Source: Mobula hypostoma (Eukaryota). Taken from it: a stretch of DNA of 64,000 nt. Within the stretch, counting starts at the first letter, position 1, and each line of letters starts with the position of its first letter. This document shows positions 49,031 to 61,719 of the stretch, in pieces. Location of the stretch: the NCBI RefSeq assembly GCF_963921235.1, contig NC_086097.1:226984001-227048000 (forward strand), written 5' to 3'. The position numbers and the translations under genes were made by a program. The notes beneath the pieces were generated by a model, which saw nothing but the letters and a program-made list of their open reading frames with translations, ran no database searches and had not been told where the DNA came from.

Positions 49031-52000
49031 CAGATTAGATTATGAGAACACTCAGTCCTCTTTTATTGTCATTTAGAAATGCATGCATGCATTAAGAAAT
49101 GATACAATGTTTCTCCGGAGTGATATCACAGAAAACAGAACAAACCAAAGGCTAACATTGACAGAACCACATAATTATAACATATAGTTACAGCAGTACA
49201 AACCAATACCATAATTTGATGAAGAACAAACCATGGGCATGGTAAAAAAAAGTCTCAAATGTCCCTGAGTCAATCGACTCCCGAGTCCCCAATAGCAGGC
49301 GGCAAAAGGGAGAAACTCCCTGCCATAAACCTCCAGGCACCGTCAACTTGCCAATGCCTTGGAAACAGCCAACCACAGCCGGCACTGAGTCTATCCATCC
49401 GAAAACTTCAAGCCTCTGACCAGCCCCTCCGATACAGCCTGCCAAGTGCCATCCTCTGCCGAGTGCCTTTGACCTCGCCCCGGCCGCTGAAACAAGCAAA
49501 GCCGAGGATTTCGGGGCCTTCTGCTCTGAACATTCTGGTTACCACACAGTAGCAGCAGCAGCGAAGTGGGCATTTCAGAAGTTTTCCAGATGTTCCAGTC
49601 CTTATGGGTGGACAGAGGGCTTGTCTACTGAGTCCTTATGGGTGGAGCTGAGAAACAGGAAAGGTATGGCCACATTAGTGGGATTGTATTGCAGACCACC
49701 CAGTAGTCAACGAGACTTGGAAGAGCAAATCTGCAGAGAGATAGCAGGCAACTGCAGGAAACATAAAGTTGTGGTGGTAGGGGATTTTAATTTTCCATAC
49801 ATTGATTGGGACTCCCATACTGTTAGGGGTCTAGATGGTTTAGAGTTTGTAAAATGTGTTCAGGAAAGTTTTCTAAATCAGTATATAGAGGGACCAACTA
49901 GAGGGGATGCAATATTGGTTCTCCTGTTAGGAAACGAATTAGGGCAAGTGACAGAAGTCTGTGTAGGGGAGCACTTTGGTTCCAGTGATCATAGCACCAT
50001 TAGTTTCAATTTGATCATGGACAAGGATAGATCTGGTCCTACGGTTGAGGTTCTGAACTGGAAGAAGGCCACATTTGAAGAAATGAGAAAGGATCTAAAA
50101 AGCGTGATTGGGACAGGTTGTTCTCTGGCAAAGATATGATTGGTAGGTGGAAAGCCTTCAAAGGGAAATTTTGAGAGTGCAGAGTTTGTATGTTCCTGTC
50201 AGGGTTAAAGGCAAATTGAATAGGAATAAGGAACCTTGATTCTCAAGGGATATTGCAACTCTGATAAAGAAGAAGAGGGAGTTGTATGAAATGTATAGGA
50301 AACAGGGGGTAAATCAGGTGCTTGAGGAGTATAAGAAGTGCAAGAAAATACTTAAGAAAGAAATCAGGAGGGCAAAAAGAAGACATGAGGTTGCCTTGGC
50401 AGTCAAAGTGAAGGATAATCCAAAGAGCTTTTACAAGTATATTAAGAGCAAAAGGATAGTAAGGATAAAATTGGTCCTCTTGAAGATCAGAGTGGTCGGC
50501 TTTGTGCGGAACCAAAGGAAATGGGGGAGATCTTAAATAGGTTTTATGCGTCTGTATTTACTAAGGAAGCTGGCATGAAATCTATGGAATTGAGGGAATC
50601 AAGTAGTGAGACCATGGAAACTGTACAGATTGAAAAGGAGGAGGTGCTTGCTGTCTTGAGGAAAATTAAAGTGGGTAAATCCCCGGGACCTGACAGAGTG
50701 TTCCCTCGGACCTTGAAGGAGACTAGAGTTGAAATTGCGGGGGCCCTGGCAGAAATATTTAAAATGTCGCTGTCTACGGGTGAAGTGCCGGAGGATTGGA
50801 GAGTGGCTCATGTTGTTCCGTTGTTTAAAAAAGGATCGAAAAGTAATCTGGGAAATTATAGGCCGGTGAGTTTAACGTCAGTAGTAGGTAAGTTATTGGA
50901 GGGAGTACTAAGAGACAGAATCTACAAGCATTTGGATAGACAGGGGATTATTAGGGAGAGTCAACATTGGCTTTGTGCGTGGTAGGTCATGTTTGACCAA
51001 TCTGTTAGAGTTTTTCGAGGAGGTTACCAGGAAAGTGGATGAAGGGAAGGCAGTGGATATTGTCTACATGGACTTCAGTAAGGCCTTTGACAAGATCCCG
51101 CATGGGCGGTTAGTTAGGAAAATTCAGTCGCTAGGTATACATGGAGAGGTGGTAAATTGGATTAGACATTGGCTCGATGGAAGAAGCCAGAGAGTGGTGG
51201 TAGAGAATTGCTTCTCTGAGTGGAGGCCTGTGACTAGTGGTGTGCCACAGGGATCAGTGCTGGGTCCATTGTTATTTGTCATCTATATCAATGATCTGGA
51301 TGATAATGTGGTAAATTGGATCAGCAAGTTTGCTGGTGAAACAAAGACTGGAGGTGTAGTAGACAGTGAGGAAGGTTTTCAGAGCCTGCAGAGGGACTTG
51401 GACCAGCTGGAAAAATGGGCTGAAAAATGGCAGATGGAGTTTAATACTGACAAGTGTGAGGTATTGCACGTTGGAAGGACAAACCAAGGTAGAACATACA
51501 GGGTTAATGGTAAGGCACTGAGGAGTGCAGTGGAACAGAGGGATCTGGGAATACAGATACAAAATTCCCTAAAAGTGTCGTCACAGGTAGATAGGGTCGT
51601 CAAGAGAGCTTTTGTTACATTGGCCTTTATTAATCGAAGTATTGAGTATAAGAGCTGGAATGTTATGATGAGGTTGTATAAGGCATTGGTGAGGCCGAAT
51701 CTGGAGTATTGTGTTCAGTTTTGGTCACCAAATTACAGGAAGGATATAAATAAGGTTGAAAGAGTGCAGAGAAGGTTTACAAGGATGTTGCCGGGACTTG
51801 AGAAACTCAGTTACAGAGAAAGGTTGAATAGGTTAGGACTTTATTCACTGGAGCGTAGAAGAATGAGGGGAGATTTGATAGAGGTATATAAAATTATGAT
51901 GGGTATAGATAGAGTGAATGCAAGCAGGCTTTTTCCACTGAGGCAAGGGGAGAAAAAAACCAGAGGACATGGGTTAAGGATGAGGGGGGAAACGTTTAAA

Positions 52001-52390
52001 GGGAACATTAGAGGGGGGCTTCTTCACACAGAGAGTGGTGGGAGTATGGAATGAGCTGCCAGACGAGGTGGTAAATGCGGGTTCTTTTTTAACATTTAAG
52101 AATAAATTGGACAGATACATGGATGGGAGGTGTATGGAGGGATATGGTCTGTGTGCAGGTCAGTGGGACTAGGCAGAAAATGGTTTGGCACAGCCAAGAA
52201 GGGCCAAAGGGCCTGTTTCTGTGCAGTAGTTTCTATGGTTCTATGGTTCTATGTTCCTTCGTACTCTCAGGTCTTTCTCCATTAAATCAGAATTGTGCAC
52301 AGTCCCCTACTTGACAGGTTACAGACATCATCACCGAAGCGGCCGTGCGCGCTGCTGTCGCGCCACCATCTTCTCCTCCATCTCCATTTC
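49031..52390 (-). mobile_element. ~700-bp non-coding, non-autonomous retroposon (49031-49596 and 52251-52390)
   Basis: 5' end GGAGGAGAAGATGGTGGCGCG (YY1-like, CpG-rich); 3' AATAAA and (AATCT)n tail; no LINE ORF remnants. Confidence 0.65.
49597..52250 (+). mobile_element. Younger 5'-truncated CR1 (APE plus RT; frameshifts; catalytic FADD mutated to FAGE)
   Basis: 7-bp TSD ATGTTCC at 49590-96 and 52251-57; (TTCTATGG)n tail; RT frame at 50975-52054. Confidence 0.93.
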
Positions 52391-53496
52391 ATTTAAATTA
52401 TAAATCATAAATAGAAAATAGAAAAGGGAAAGTAAGGTAGTGCAAAAAAACCGAGAGGCAGGTCCGGATATTTCGAGGGATGGCCCAGATCCGAGTTAGG
52501 ATCTGTTCAGCAGTCTTATCCCAGTTGGAAAGAAGCTGTTCCTAAATCTGGACGTATGATTCTTCAAGCTCCTGAGCCTTATCCCGGAGGGAAGAGGGAC
52601 GAAAACTGTGTTGGCTGGGTGGGACCATACCCATCCCAGCCACAAGGAACTGGACCTTAACACGTACCCAGCAAGATGCCAGGAGGCACCACACTGTATA
52701 GACCAGGGAACCATCTACCAAGTGGGAAGAAGGGGGAGGAGGGGTGACTGAGGCCAGGAGAAAGGTAGTAACCAGGTTGAGCTGAGAAACATGGAATATT
52801 GGGTAGATCTTCAATGATGCTGGTGATGCCATCTATATGACACCTTGTTAACAGCCTTTTTCACTCCAGAAGGTCCCATGTAGTGCTGTACTAACTTGCG
52901 GCTATCAGCTTTCAGGGGAAGATTCTTTGATATCAACCTCCTCTTCTGGCTTGAATGGCCTTGCCTGTTGGCAGAGCCAATCAGTCTGCCAGGCATGTTG
53001 TTTCTGGGAGTGCAGCAGAGAAAATGTGGCTCGTCTCCAGGTGTGCATGTAGTGCTGGATCAGCTGTTCTGGAATCCCGTCTGGCATTGAAAGGGAGACA
53101 TATCCATGAAGCATGGCTGGAAGCTATTGTGGGTGACATCTCTCTAAACCATTTGGGAGCTCCAGGATGTGGGGTTGGAAGAGACAAGGCAGCGCTGGGT
53201 TTTCTCCAACTTCAGGTTTAGTCTCTCAGTCTGGCCATTGGATTGGGGGTAGAAACCCGAAGAGAATCTAGCTGTGGCTCCTACAAGAGAACAAAAAGCC
53301 TTCCAAAAGCAGGAAGTGAACTGTGGTCCACAATCATACACGATGTCTTAAGGAAAGCCATGGAGCCTGAACACATGTTGAGCCATGAGTGTGGCAGTCT
53401 CACGAGCTAGCGTGAGCTTTGGGAGGGCAGTGAAGTGGGCAACCTTGTAAAATCAATCCATAATGACCAAAATGGTGGTGTTTCCATTAGACAGGG

Positions 53497-54362
53497 GTAG
53501 TCTTTCCCATAATTACTGTGCATTCTAACTCCTCTTTCCTCATCACATGTCCAATGAAGTTGCCCTTTCATGATCTCATATATTATTTCTCTTTTTGTGT
53601 TTGCTCTGTTCATGACATCTTCGTTAGATATTCGTTTTGTCCATGATATTCTTTGCATCCTTCTCAAAAACCACGTCTCTGCTGCTACAATTTGTTTCCT
53701 CATGTTACTAGATATTGTCCAACATTCTGAACCATATAACATAACTGGATAAACATAACATTTCAGTACTCTGAGGCCAGTTGTCATGCCTAGTTTAGTT
53801 GGTCAGTATACTCTTCATTCTCGTAAAGGTGTCTTTTGCCATCCCTATTCTTCTTTTGATGTCCACGTTGCACCTGCCATCTGATGTCACCCAGCTTCCT
53901 CAGTAGCAAAAGTTCTGCACTTGTTTTATGCCTTCCCCGTTTATTCTCAGCCTGCAGATAGGATTCTCCTTCTTTTTGTTATCACCATACATTGTCTTTT
54001 TGCAATTGATAGATAGACCCATTTTTGCACTGTCTTCAACAATTATATCAATTAAGTTTTGTAGTTCTTACTCTGTACTTGCAATTAACAGTGTCATCTG
54101 CATATCTGAAATTATTGATGTTTTCACCGCCAACTTTGATTCCCAAGATGTCTCTTATTTTTTGTAATATTGTCTCACTGTACTCATTAAATAAAACAGG
54201 GGAGAAAACACACCCTTGTCTAATGCCTCTCTTGATTTTTGTACACTGACTCACTTCTCCATCTATTCTTACAGAGGCAGTTTGTTTCCAGTACAGACTT
54301 CTGATTAGGCGGAGGTCTTTTGAATCTCGATCTAGAGTTTTCTGTAATATTTCAAATAACTT
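53497..54362 (-). mobile_element. Internal RTE fragment replacing part of Gypsy pol
   Basis: Colinear with RTE 31430-32300; GIRQGCVFSP and FRYADD. Confidence 0.9.
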
Positions 54363-56484
54363 ATAGTGGCCATTAGATGTGTTGAAAGCTGTCTTCCACT
54401 CATCTGCTATCATGTGAAACAGATTGTAAGCTTTGCACAGATCAATTTTGGAAAACATAGTTGCACCCTGGAGATGCCAGCGGGGAAGACGGAAGCGGTT
54501 CTTCATAGTGATATTGTTTAGGGGTCGATAATTGATGTAGGAATGGAGCTTGCCTTCTTTCTTGCTCACTGAAAAGAAGTCTGCTCCTGCCAGTGAGGTT
54601 GAAGGGTGGATAAACCCCATAGCCAGTGCATCCTTGAGGTATTCCTCCATGGCCAGCATTTCAGGATGAGAGAGGGAAAAGAGACTGCTCCGGGGAGGAC
54701 TAGTGCCAGGTTGGAGATCTATGGCACAGTCGTATAGCCAGTGTGGGGGCAGGGAGGTGGCCTTGCTTTCACTGAAGACCTCAAGAAGAGCCACATGTTC
54801 ATTCAGGCCCATATCTTTAACTGACACAGGATGGGATTCATGGAATGGAGCTTGAGCTGGACCCAGACAGGTAGACAGGCATGTCGGTCCCCACTCTTGG
54901 ATTGCTTTCAGAGACCAATGGATCTGTGGGTTATGTTGGGATAACCAGGGAAGACCAAGTACCAGTAGCAGTTCAGGCAAATCAACCAGATAGAAGGAGA
55001 GTCCTTCACTACAGTTGCCTTTAAACACAAGTTTGAGGGGTATGGTGGAAAGGTGGATCTGGCGGGAGCCCAGAGGTTGACCGTCCAGCACCTTGATGTT
55101 GATCTTTTCTCTTAATTCCTGAGTCAGAACTCCCCATCTTTGAGCTAGAGAGATGTCCATGAGATTTGTGGCTGCACCGGAGTTGATAAACGCCTTAGGT
55201 TCGTGGGTCTGAGACCTCTACGACAAGGAAGCTGCAAGCATTACACAGTTAGAGGAAACTGACTGAAGAGAAACCAACCTATCAGGACTCCCCTTCCTGC
55301 TGATGGGTATCCTCGTTTTCTGGATGCTTGGGACATGCAACCTGGAAGTGTCCTGGATCACTACAATAGAGGCAGGAACATGTTCTCCTGCACCGCTCTT
55401 ATTCCTCCTTGGACAGGCGCATGAGCCCTATTTGCATAGGCTCCTCTGTGGTCTGGGTGCTGGGTGGTGAGGAAGGGGGAGAGGGCAAGGAAAGATGGTG
55501 ATCAGATGGCGCATAGGAAGCTTGAAACATTATTTTCCTGTGCACCTGGTCGTCAACTCAAATAGCCAGATTAATCAGGTCATCCAAACTAACCTGTTCG
55601 TCCCGGACGGTGATCTCCTGCCGGACCCTTGCATTCAGTTCACGCTGGAAGGCAGTGTGTAGAGATCTCTCATTCCAACCCGTCTCTACTGCAAGTGTGT
55701 GACATTTGACCGCATAGACTCTCACCGTCCCTCTGCCTTGGCTCAGGTCCAAGAGTCGGTGAGCAGCCTCCTGACCCATACTGGAAGATCAAAAACCCTC
55801 CTTAACTCTGCAGTGAAATGTCGGAATGATTCCTTGTTCCCATAAAGCATTGAACTGGCTGAGTGGAGGTCCATCTAGGAGATTGACTATGTAAACCAGT
55901 TACCGAGCATCATCACCAAAACGACCAGACTGGGCTTGGAACGCCAGCATGCACTTGGTAATGAAATTCCTGCAGCCATCGGGATCACCAGAATATCTGC
56001 CTGGTGGTGGAATGCTAAGTTCCTGTATGGACACAGGAGTCAGTTCTGGTTTGGGCACAGAACCGGGAGCATTAGTAGCAGAGGTTGTCGGGCAGCAGAA
56101 AAGGAGGACCTGTGAGATGCTGGGTGTAGGTCTGACTGTCGCCAGAGGCTACTGAATTGCGTTGGCGAGAATGTTAATAGCAGTCAGCTGACACTGGCTG
56201 CTCGCAGTAAGCTTGTGGACGACGGCCGTGAGAGCGGAAATCGCAGAAACCCGAGTCCAAATGTCTGCGGTGAGCTGTTGAATAGTTGTGGCTAGGGATG
56301 ATACCTGTTCCTCCAGTTGAAACTGGGCTTGTCGGTACAAGATTATCTGCCTCATTGCTTCCGTAATTTCACTCAGTACAGATGCATTTGCCTGTAGCTT
56401 GTCCCCTACCTTACCAATGAATCTCAGGGCCAAGGTCAGCTGATCTTTCTCTGCTGGGTCCCTTTTTGTGTATTCAAGACTTGC

Positions 56485-56914
56485 TGTCAGTATGTTCGGG
56501 CATGGCCCAAGTGCCAAGAGAGAGAGACTCCGAAGCGGGTCAATAGTTCACAGACTTTAATGTGAACAGAGTAGAGAGAAAGAAAAACAATAAACGCTAG
56601 GTCAAACATGGCCGTTAATTATTACTCAAAAATAGAAAATGAAGCCATCACTGTAACTGAAGAGATTAACTAAATATTAAACGAATACCGCGAGACTTCA
56701 CAGGTAGTTAAATTGACAGTCCAATTCCTCAGGCAAGGCTGAATTTAAGCAGGCTGTGAAACGTTGCTGTGCTTTGCTCAGTGTCTCGACAAGCGCTACA
56801 ACAAAAAAAAATGGAATTAAATACCATCACAATGAAATAATAATTAGCTGACACGTGCATGTGCATGAGCGCAATTGCTGTATCTGCTGTGCTGTCGAAT
56901 CCGTGGTTGTGACA
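56485..56914 (-). repeat. Gypsy 5' LTR
   Basis: TGTCA...TGACA; gag begins just inside it. Confidence 0.9.
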
Positions 56915-58271
56915 CCTAGGGTGCAGTTCATCTGGTCTGGGTGACTTAGGTCTTTCAGCTTTTTGAGCGCCTTCTCTCTTGTAATAATATCTGCACTTAT
57001 TTCTCTTCCTTCACACACTGCAACATCTGTCACACCTGTAGTGTCTTTTACAATGAAGACTGATGCAGATTACTCATTTAGTTTATCTACCATCCCCTTG
57101 TCCCCTGTATTTCTCTGGCTTCATTTTCTAGCGATCCTATATCCACTCTCATCTCTCTTTTATTTTTTACATACTTGAAAAAGCTTTTACTATCCACTTT
57201 CATATTGTTTGCTAGCTTGTTTTCGTGTTTTATCTTTTCCCTTCTAATGATTCTTTTAGTTGCTGTCCAGGTTTTTAAAAGTTTCCCAATCCTCTATTTT
57301 CCTGCTAATTTTTGCTTTGTCGTATGCCCTCTCTTTTGTTTTTTCATTAGGTTTGACTTCCTTTGTCAGCCACAGTGTACTATTTTGCCATTTGAGTACT
57401 TCTTTGTTTTTGCCATTGCAGCTCTGCTGTCATCCCCACCATCATCTCCTACCAATTTACTTTAGCCAACTCCTCTCTCATATCACTGTAATTTCTCTTA
57501 CTCCACTGAAATACTGCTACATCAGATGTTACTTTCTTTCACTGGCTCTTTGGGACTTTTTTACCTTAGGCTCCCTAATCACTCTGGTTCATGACATAAC
57601 ACACATTCCAGTCTAGCTGATCCCCTGGTAGGCTCAACGACAAACTGCTCTTAAAAGCTTCCTTGTAGGCATTCAACAACTCACTTGAGATCCATTACCT
57701 ACCTGATTTTTCAATTGTCCTGCATGTTACAATCTCCCATGACTATCATAGCATTACTCTTTTGACACGCCTTTTGTATTTTCAGTTGTAATCTGTGGTC
57801 TACATCCCAGCTACTGTTGGGAGTTCTGTATATAACTGCCATTAGGGTCCTTTTGGCCTTGCAGTTTCTTAACTCAACCCACAAGGATTCAACATCTTCT
57901 GATCCTATGTCACATCTTTCTACTGACTTGTTGCCATTCTTTACCAGCAGAGCGACAACACCCCTTCTGCTGCCTACCTTCCTATCCCTCAGATACAACG
58001 TGTAACCTTGGATATTCAGTTCCTGACTACAACCATCCTTAAGCCATGATTCAGTGATGGCTGCAACATCATACCTGACGATCTGTAATAGTGCAACAAG
58101 ATCATCCATCTTCTTTCTTATACCCTGAGATATAACACAATGAGTGCTGTATTTGATATCCTTTTTTATTTTGCATTCCTAATACATGGATACTTTTCTG
58201 ATGGCTGCAATTTTGTCCTACATCTCCCTGCCCTTCCTGATAGTCTGACTGCATGTTATCTTTGCTTTTTG

Positions 58272-58972
58272 TGTTGCTGGTTGTGGATTTCAGGAGGAAT
58301 GGAGACGGGCTAACCCCTATTGACATTAATGGATCTGGGGTTGAGAGAATAAACAGCTTCGAGTTCCTCAGCACCCACATCACCAAGGATGTCACGTGGT
58401 CTGTACACACCAGCTGTGTGGTGAAAAAGGCACAACAGTGCCTCTTTCACCTCAGATGGTTGAGGAGGTTTGGTATGGGCCCCCAAATCCTAAGAATTTT
58501 CTGCAGAGGCACAATTGAGAGCATCCTGACTGGCTGCATCACTGCTTGGTATGGGAACTGTACCTCTCTTAATTGCAAGACTCTGCAGATTGTGGTGCAG
58601 ACAGCCCAACGCATCTGTAGTTGTGAACTTCACATGATTCAGGACATTTACAGGGACAGGTGTGTAAAAAGGGCCCGTGGGATCATTGGGGACTCAAGTC
58701 ATCCCAACCACAAACTATTCCAGCTGTTACCATCCGGGAAGTGGTACCGCAGCATAAAAGCCAGGACCAGCAGGCCCTGGGACAGCTTCTTCCACCAGAC
58801 ATCAGACTGATGAACTCACGCTGATTTCAGTGTACTGTGTATTACATTGGCTGTTCTATTTATTATTATAAAATACTATGATTGCATATGGCACATTTAG
58901 ATGGGGACATAACATAAAGATTTTTTACTCCTTATGCATGTGGAGGATATAAGAAATAAAGTCAATTCAATT
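58272..58972 (+). mobile_element. Rex1/L2-type LINE 3' part
   Basis: LVVDFRR, VKKAQQCLFHLR and HPNHKLFQLLPSGKWYRSIKARTSR; (CAATT)n tail. Confidence 0.85.
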
Positions 58973-59832
58973 ACCATCTGTCCTATCCTGAGTCCCTTCA
59001 TTCCAGTTCCCACCTCTCTGCCAAATTAGTTTAAACTTTCCCCAACAGCTGTAACAAACCTGCCTGCAAGATTATTGGTCCCCCTTGGGTTTAGGTGCAA
59101 CATGTCCCTTTTGTACAGGTCATACCTCCCCCAGAAGAGATCCCAATGATTCAAGAACCTGAAGCCCTGCCCCCCACACCAGCTTCTCAGCCATGCATTC
59201 ATCTGCCAAATTATCCTTTTTAAGGTACCTTAAATATACCCTGTTTAAGATGCCTTATGAGTGCAATTAGGCTTTAAAATGAGTCTATTCAACTGATTGT
59301 TTCTATGGATAATTCATAGGGAGAGTCCTATTGAATCCCTCACAATTAATGTGAATGGAAAGATAAACGTTTTTTATAAAGCACTTTACTCACTTTGCAC
59401 CTTGTATCTAACAGGAGGTACATACTGCGAGTTTTAAGTATAGCAACAAAGTTCCTTGTGGCTCCAAATACTTCTATTTTCTAATTTATTTTGCTTTAAT
59501 GAAAACAAATGTGTTTTTCTGCCACTATGTAACCCACTGATGGACAGACAGCTGGTTGGGGGAAGGCTGAGAGAGACATGATTGGAGAAGGGCAAGAAAG
59601 TGAGAAAAGTATTATGCTAAACTGTCTAGCTGTATATTATCCATCAGTCTTTTCAACAGTTCACAGCTACAAATCCTGCCACCTTTCTGCCACAGTCCTT
59701 TCTTGTATACATCCAATAGAAATTGGCAGTATTATATAGTGAATCCTGTGAAGTACAGACCAAATACATTAAGTACTAACGGTCCAACTTAAAAAAACAA
59801 AATCACAAAAATACTGATCCTTGGATAAAAAG

Positions 59833-61275
59833 TTATAGAACACTACAACACAGAAACAGTTTCTTCGGCCCATCTAGTTCACGCCTAACTATTAATCTGG
59901 TAGTCCCATCAACCTGCACCCGGAACACAGCTGATTCTATCCATGTACCTTTCCAAATTTTTCTTAAATGTTGAAATTGAACCCACATCCACCACTTCCA
60001 CTAGCAGCCCGTTCCACATTATCACCAGCTTGTTCCACACTCTGATCACCCTCTGAATGAAGAAGTTCCCTTTAAACATTTCAATTTCTCCCATAACCCA
60101 TGACCTCTAGTTCGAGTCTCACCCAGCCTCAGTGGAAAAAGTCTGTTAGCACTTATCCTATCTATATCCCTCATAATTGAGCAGTACTCTGTCAAATCTC
60201 CCCTCACTTGCCTATGCTGTAAGGCAGGGGTTCCTCACCTGGAGTCCACAGACCCATTGCTTAATGGTATTGGTCCATGGCATAAAAAGAGTTGTGAATA
60301 AAGTCCGAACCTATTTAACCTTTCTCTATAGCTCAGGTTCTCAAGTCCTGATAACATCGTTATAAATTATTTCTGCAGTCTTTCAAACTTATTGACATCT
60401 TTCCTATAGGTAGGTGATCGAAACTGCACACAATACTCCCAAGTTAGGCCTTACCAATGTCTAATGCAAATTTAACATGGGATCCCAGCTCCTGTACTCA
60501 TACTTTGATTCATGTAGACCAATGTGCCAAGAGCTTTCTTTACAACCTTATTCACTTGTGATACCCCCTTCAAGGAATTATGGATCTGTCTTTCCAGATC
60601 CCTCTGTTCTACCACACTCCTCAGTACCCTACTGCTCACCATATTGTACCTACCTTTTTTTGTCCTCCTCACATTTGTAACACATCGCACTTGTCTGCAT
60701 TAATTTCCATCTGCCATTTTTAGCCCATTTTTCCAGCTGGTCCAAATCCCGCTGTAAGCTTTGGCAGCCTTCCTCACTGTCTACTATGCCCCTAATCTCA
60801 GTATTATCTGCAAATTTACAAATTTATTAATCCAGTTTACTATATTATCATCCAGATTATTGATACAGATGAGAAACAACAATGGACGCAGCACCATTAG
60901 TCACAGGCCTCCAATCAGAGAGGCAACCATCTACTACCACTCTGGCTTCTTTCACAAAGCCAATGTCTAATCCAATTTACTACTTCATCCTGAAAGCCAA
61001 GGCATTGAACCTTCTTGACCAACCTCCTTTGTGGGACTTTGTCAGAGGCTTTGCTGAAATCTGTGTAGAGAACATCCATTTCCTTGACTTCATCAATTTT
61101 CCTGGTAATTTCCATGAAAAACTCTTTAAGATTGGTTAGACACAACCTATCATACACAAAGCCATGTCGACAATCCCTCATCTGTCCCTGTCTATCCAAG
61201 TACTTATACTTATATATGCTTCCTTAGAATACCTTCCAATCACTTGCCTACTCTGATGTCAGGCTCATCAGCCTA
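59833..61275 (-). mobile_element. CR1 LINE RT / 3' part with a small hAT-type MITE fragment at ~60224-60298
   Basis: YTDFSKASDKVPQ and NFFIQRVIRVWN; CAGGGGTTCC..AAAAAGAGTTGTGAA insert. Confidence 0.82.
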
Positions 61276-61435
61276 TACTGTGCCTATAAAAAGTATTCAT
61301 CCCCCCCCCGGAAGTTTTCATGTTTTATTGTTTTACAACATTGAATTACAGTAGATTTAATTTTGCTTATTTTTACATTTGATTTTTTCGTGTCAAAGTG
61401 AAAACAGATCTCTACAAAGTGATCTAAATTAATTG
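61276..61435 (+). mobile_element. Tc1-like terminal fragment
   Basis: TA-CTGTGCCTATAAAAAGTATTCATCCCCC resembles Tc1 TIR starts. Confidence 0.6.
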
Positions 61436-61664
61436 AATCAATGAATATGTTGTTAAAAAATTCACTCCCTACTTTGTACATAGTTTTCTTCTTTCGATTG
61501 TTCTTTCTTTCCTCTCCTCAGATATAAGTGTATACCTCAGATAAAGATTATATGGAGATTTGTGACAAATATGATTATATGATATATATGCATAGTATCT
61601 GAAATACATCTTATGGAAATGTTTGTTTGATGAACTTCAATAAAAAAATAAATTACAAAAAAAA
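61436..61664 (+). mobile_element. Poly(A)-tailed retroposon 3' end (L1/Tx1-like)
   Basis: AATAAA followed by the A-rich tail AAAATAAATTACAAAAAAAA. Confidence 0.45.
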
Positions 61665-61719
61665 CAAATATAGAATACATAGCTAAGGAAATGAGAACTA
61701 CAATACAAGAGTAGACTTG

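Larger units (their letters stand above)
48909..52622 (-). mobile_element. Rex1/L2-type LINE 3' end (48909-49030 and 52391-52622) inserted in the Gypsy chromodomain
   Basis: HPANTVFVPLPSGIRLRSLKNHTSRFRNSFFPTGIRLLN; (AAAGT)n tail. Confidence 0.8.
48361..56914 (-). mobile_element. Full-length degenerate Gypsy chromovirus (Tf1/sushi-type) LTR retrotransposon
   Basis: LTRs at 48361-48795 and 56485-56914 (TGTCA...TGA[T/C]A); 5-bp TSD CCTAG at 48356-60 and 56915-19. Gag (DPAE.., LLDLSQG..AVETGWNE), CCHC knuckle CLYCSDPGHFQVAC, protease FINSGA, RT start (SKIDL..AY, EWKTAFNT), integrase (GPQFTS.FW, YPQSNGQTER) and a split chromodomain; purine-rich PPT next to the 3' LTR. Confidence 0.92.
46878..59220 (-). 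mobile_element. CR1 LINE (ORF1 end to 3' tail), split by the Gypsy element and by a Rex1/L2 fragment
   Basis: RT remnants at 46878-48360 (FADDTK, YLDFQKAFD, NYRPVSLTS) continue at 56915-59220 (YDVAAITESWL, SLWVELRN, MGDCN). Confidence 0.88.

Noticed and set aside
59388..59490. Strong minus-strand donor AAA|GTGAGT
   Set aside because: No convincing acceptor giving a recognisable open exon.
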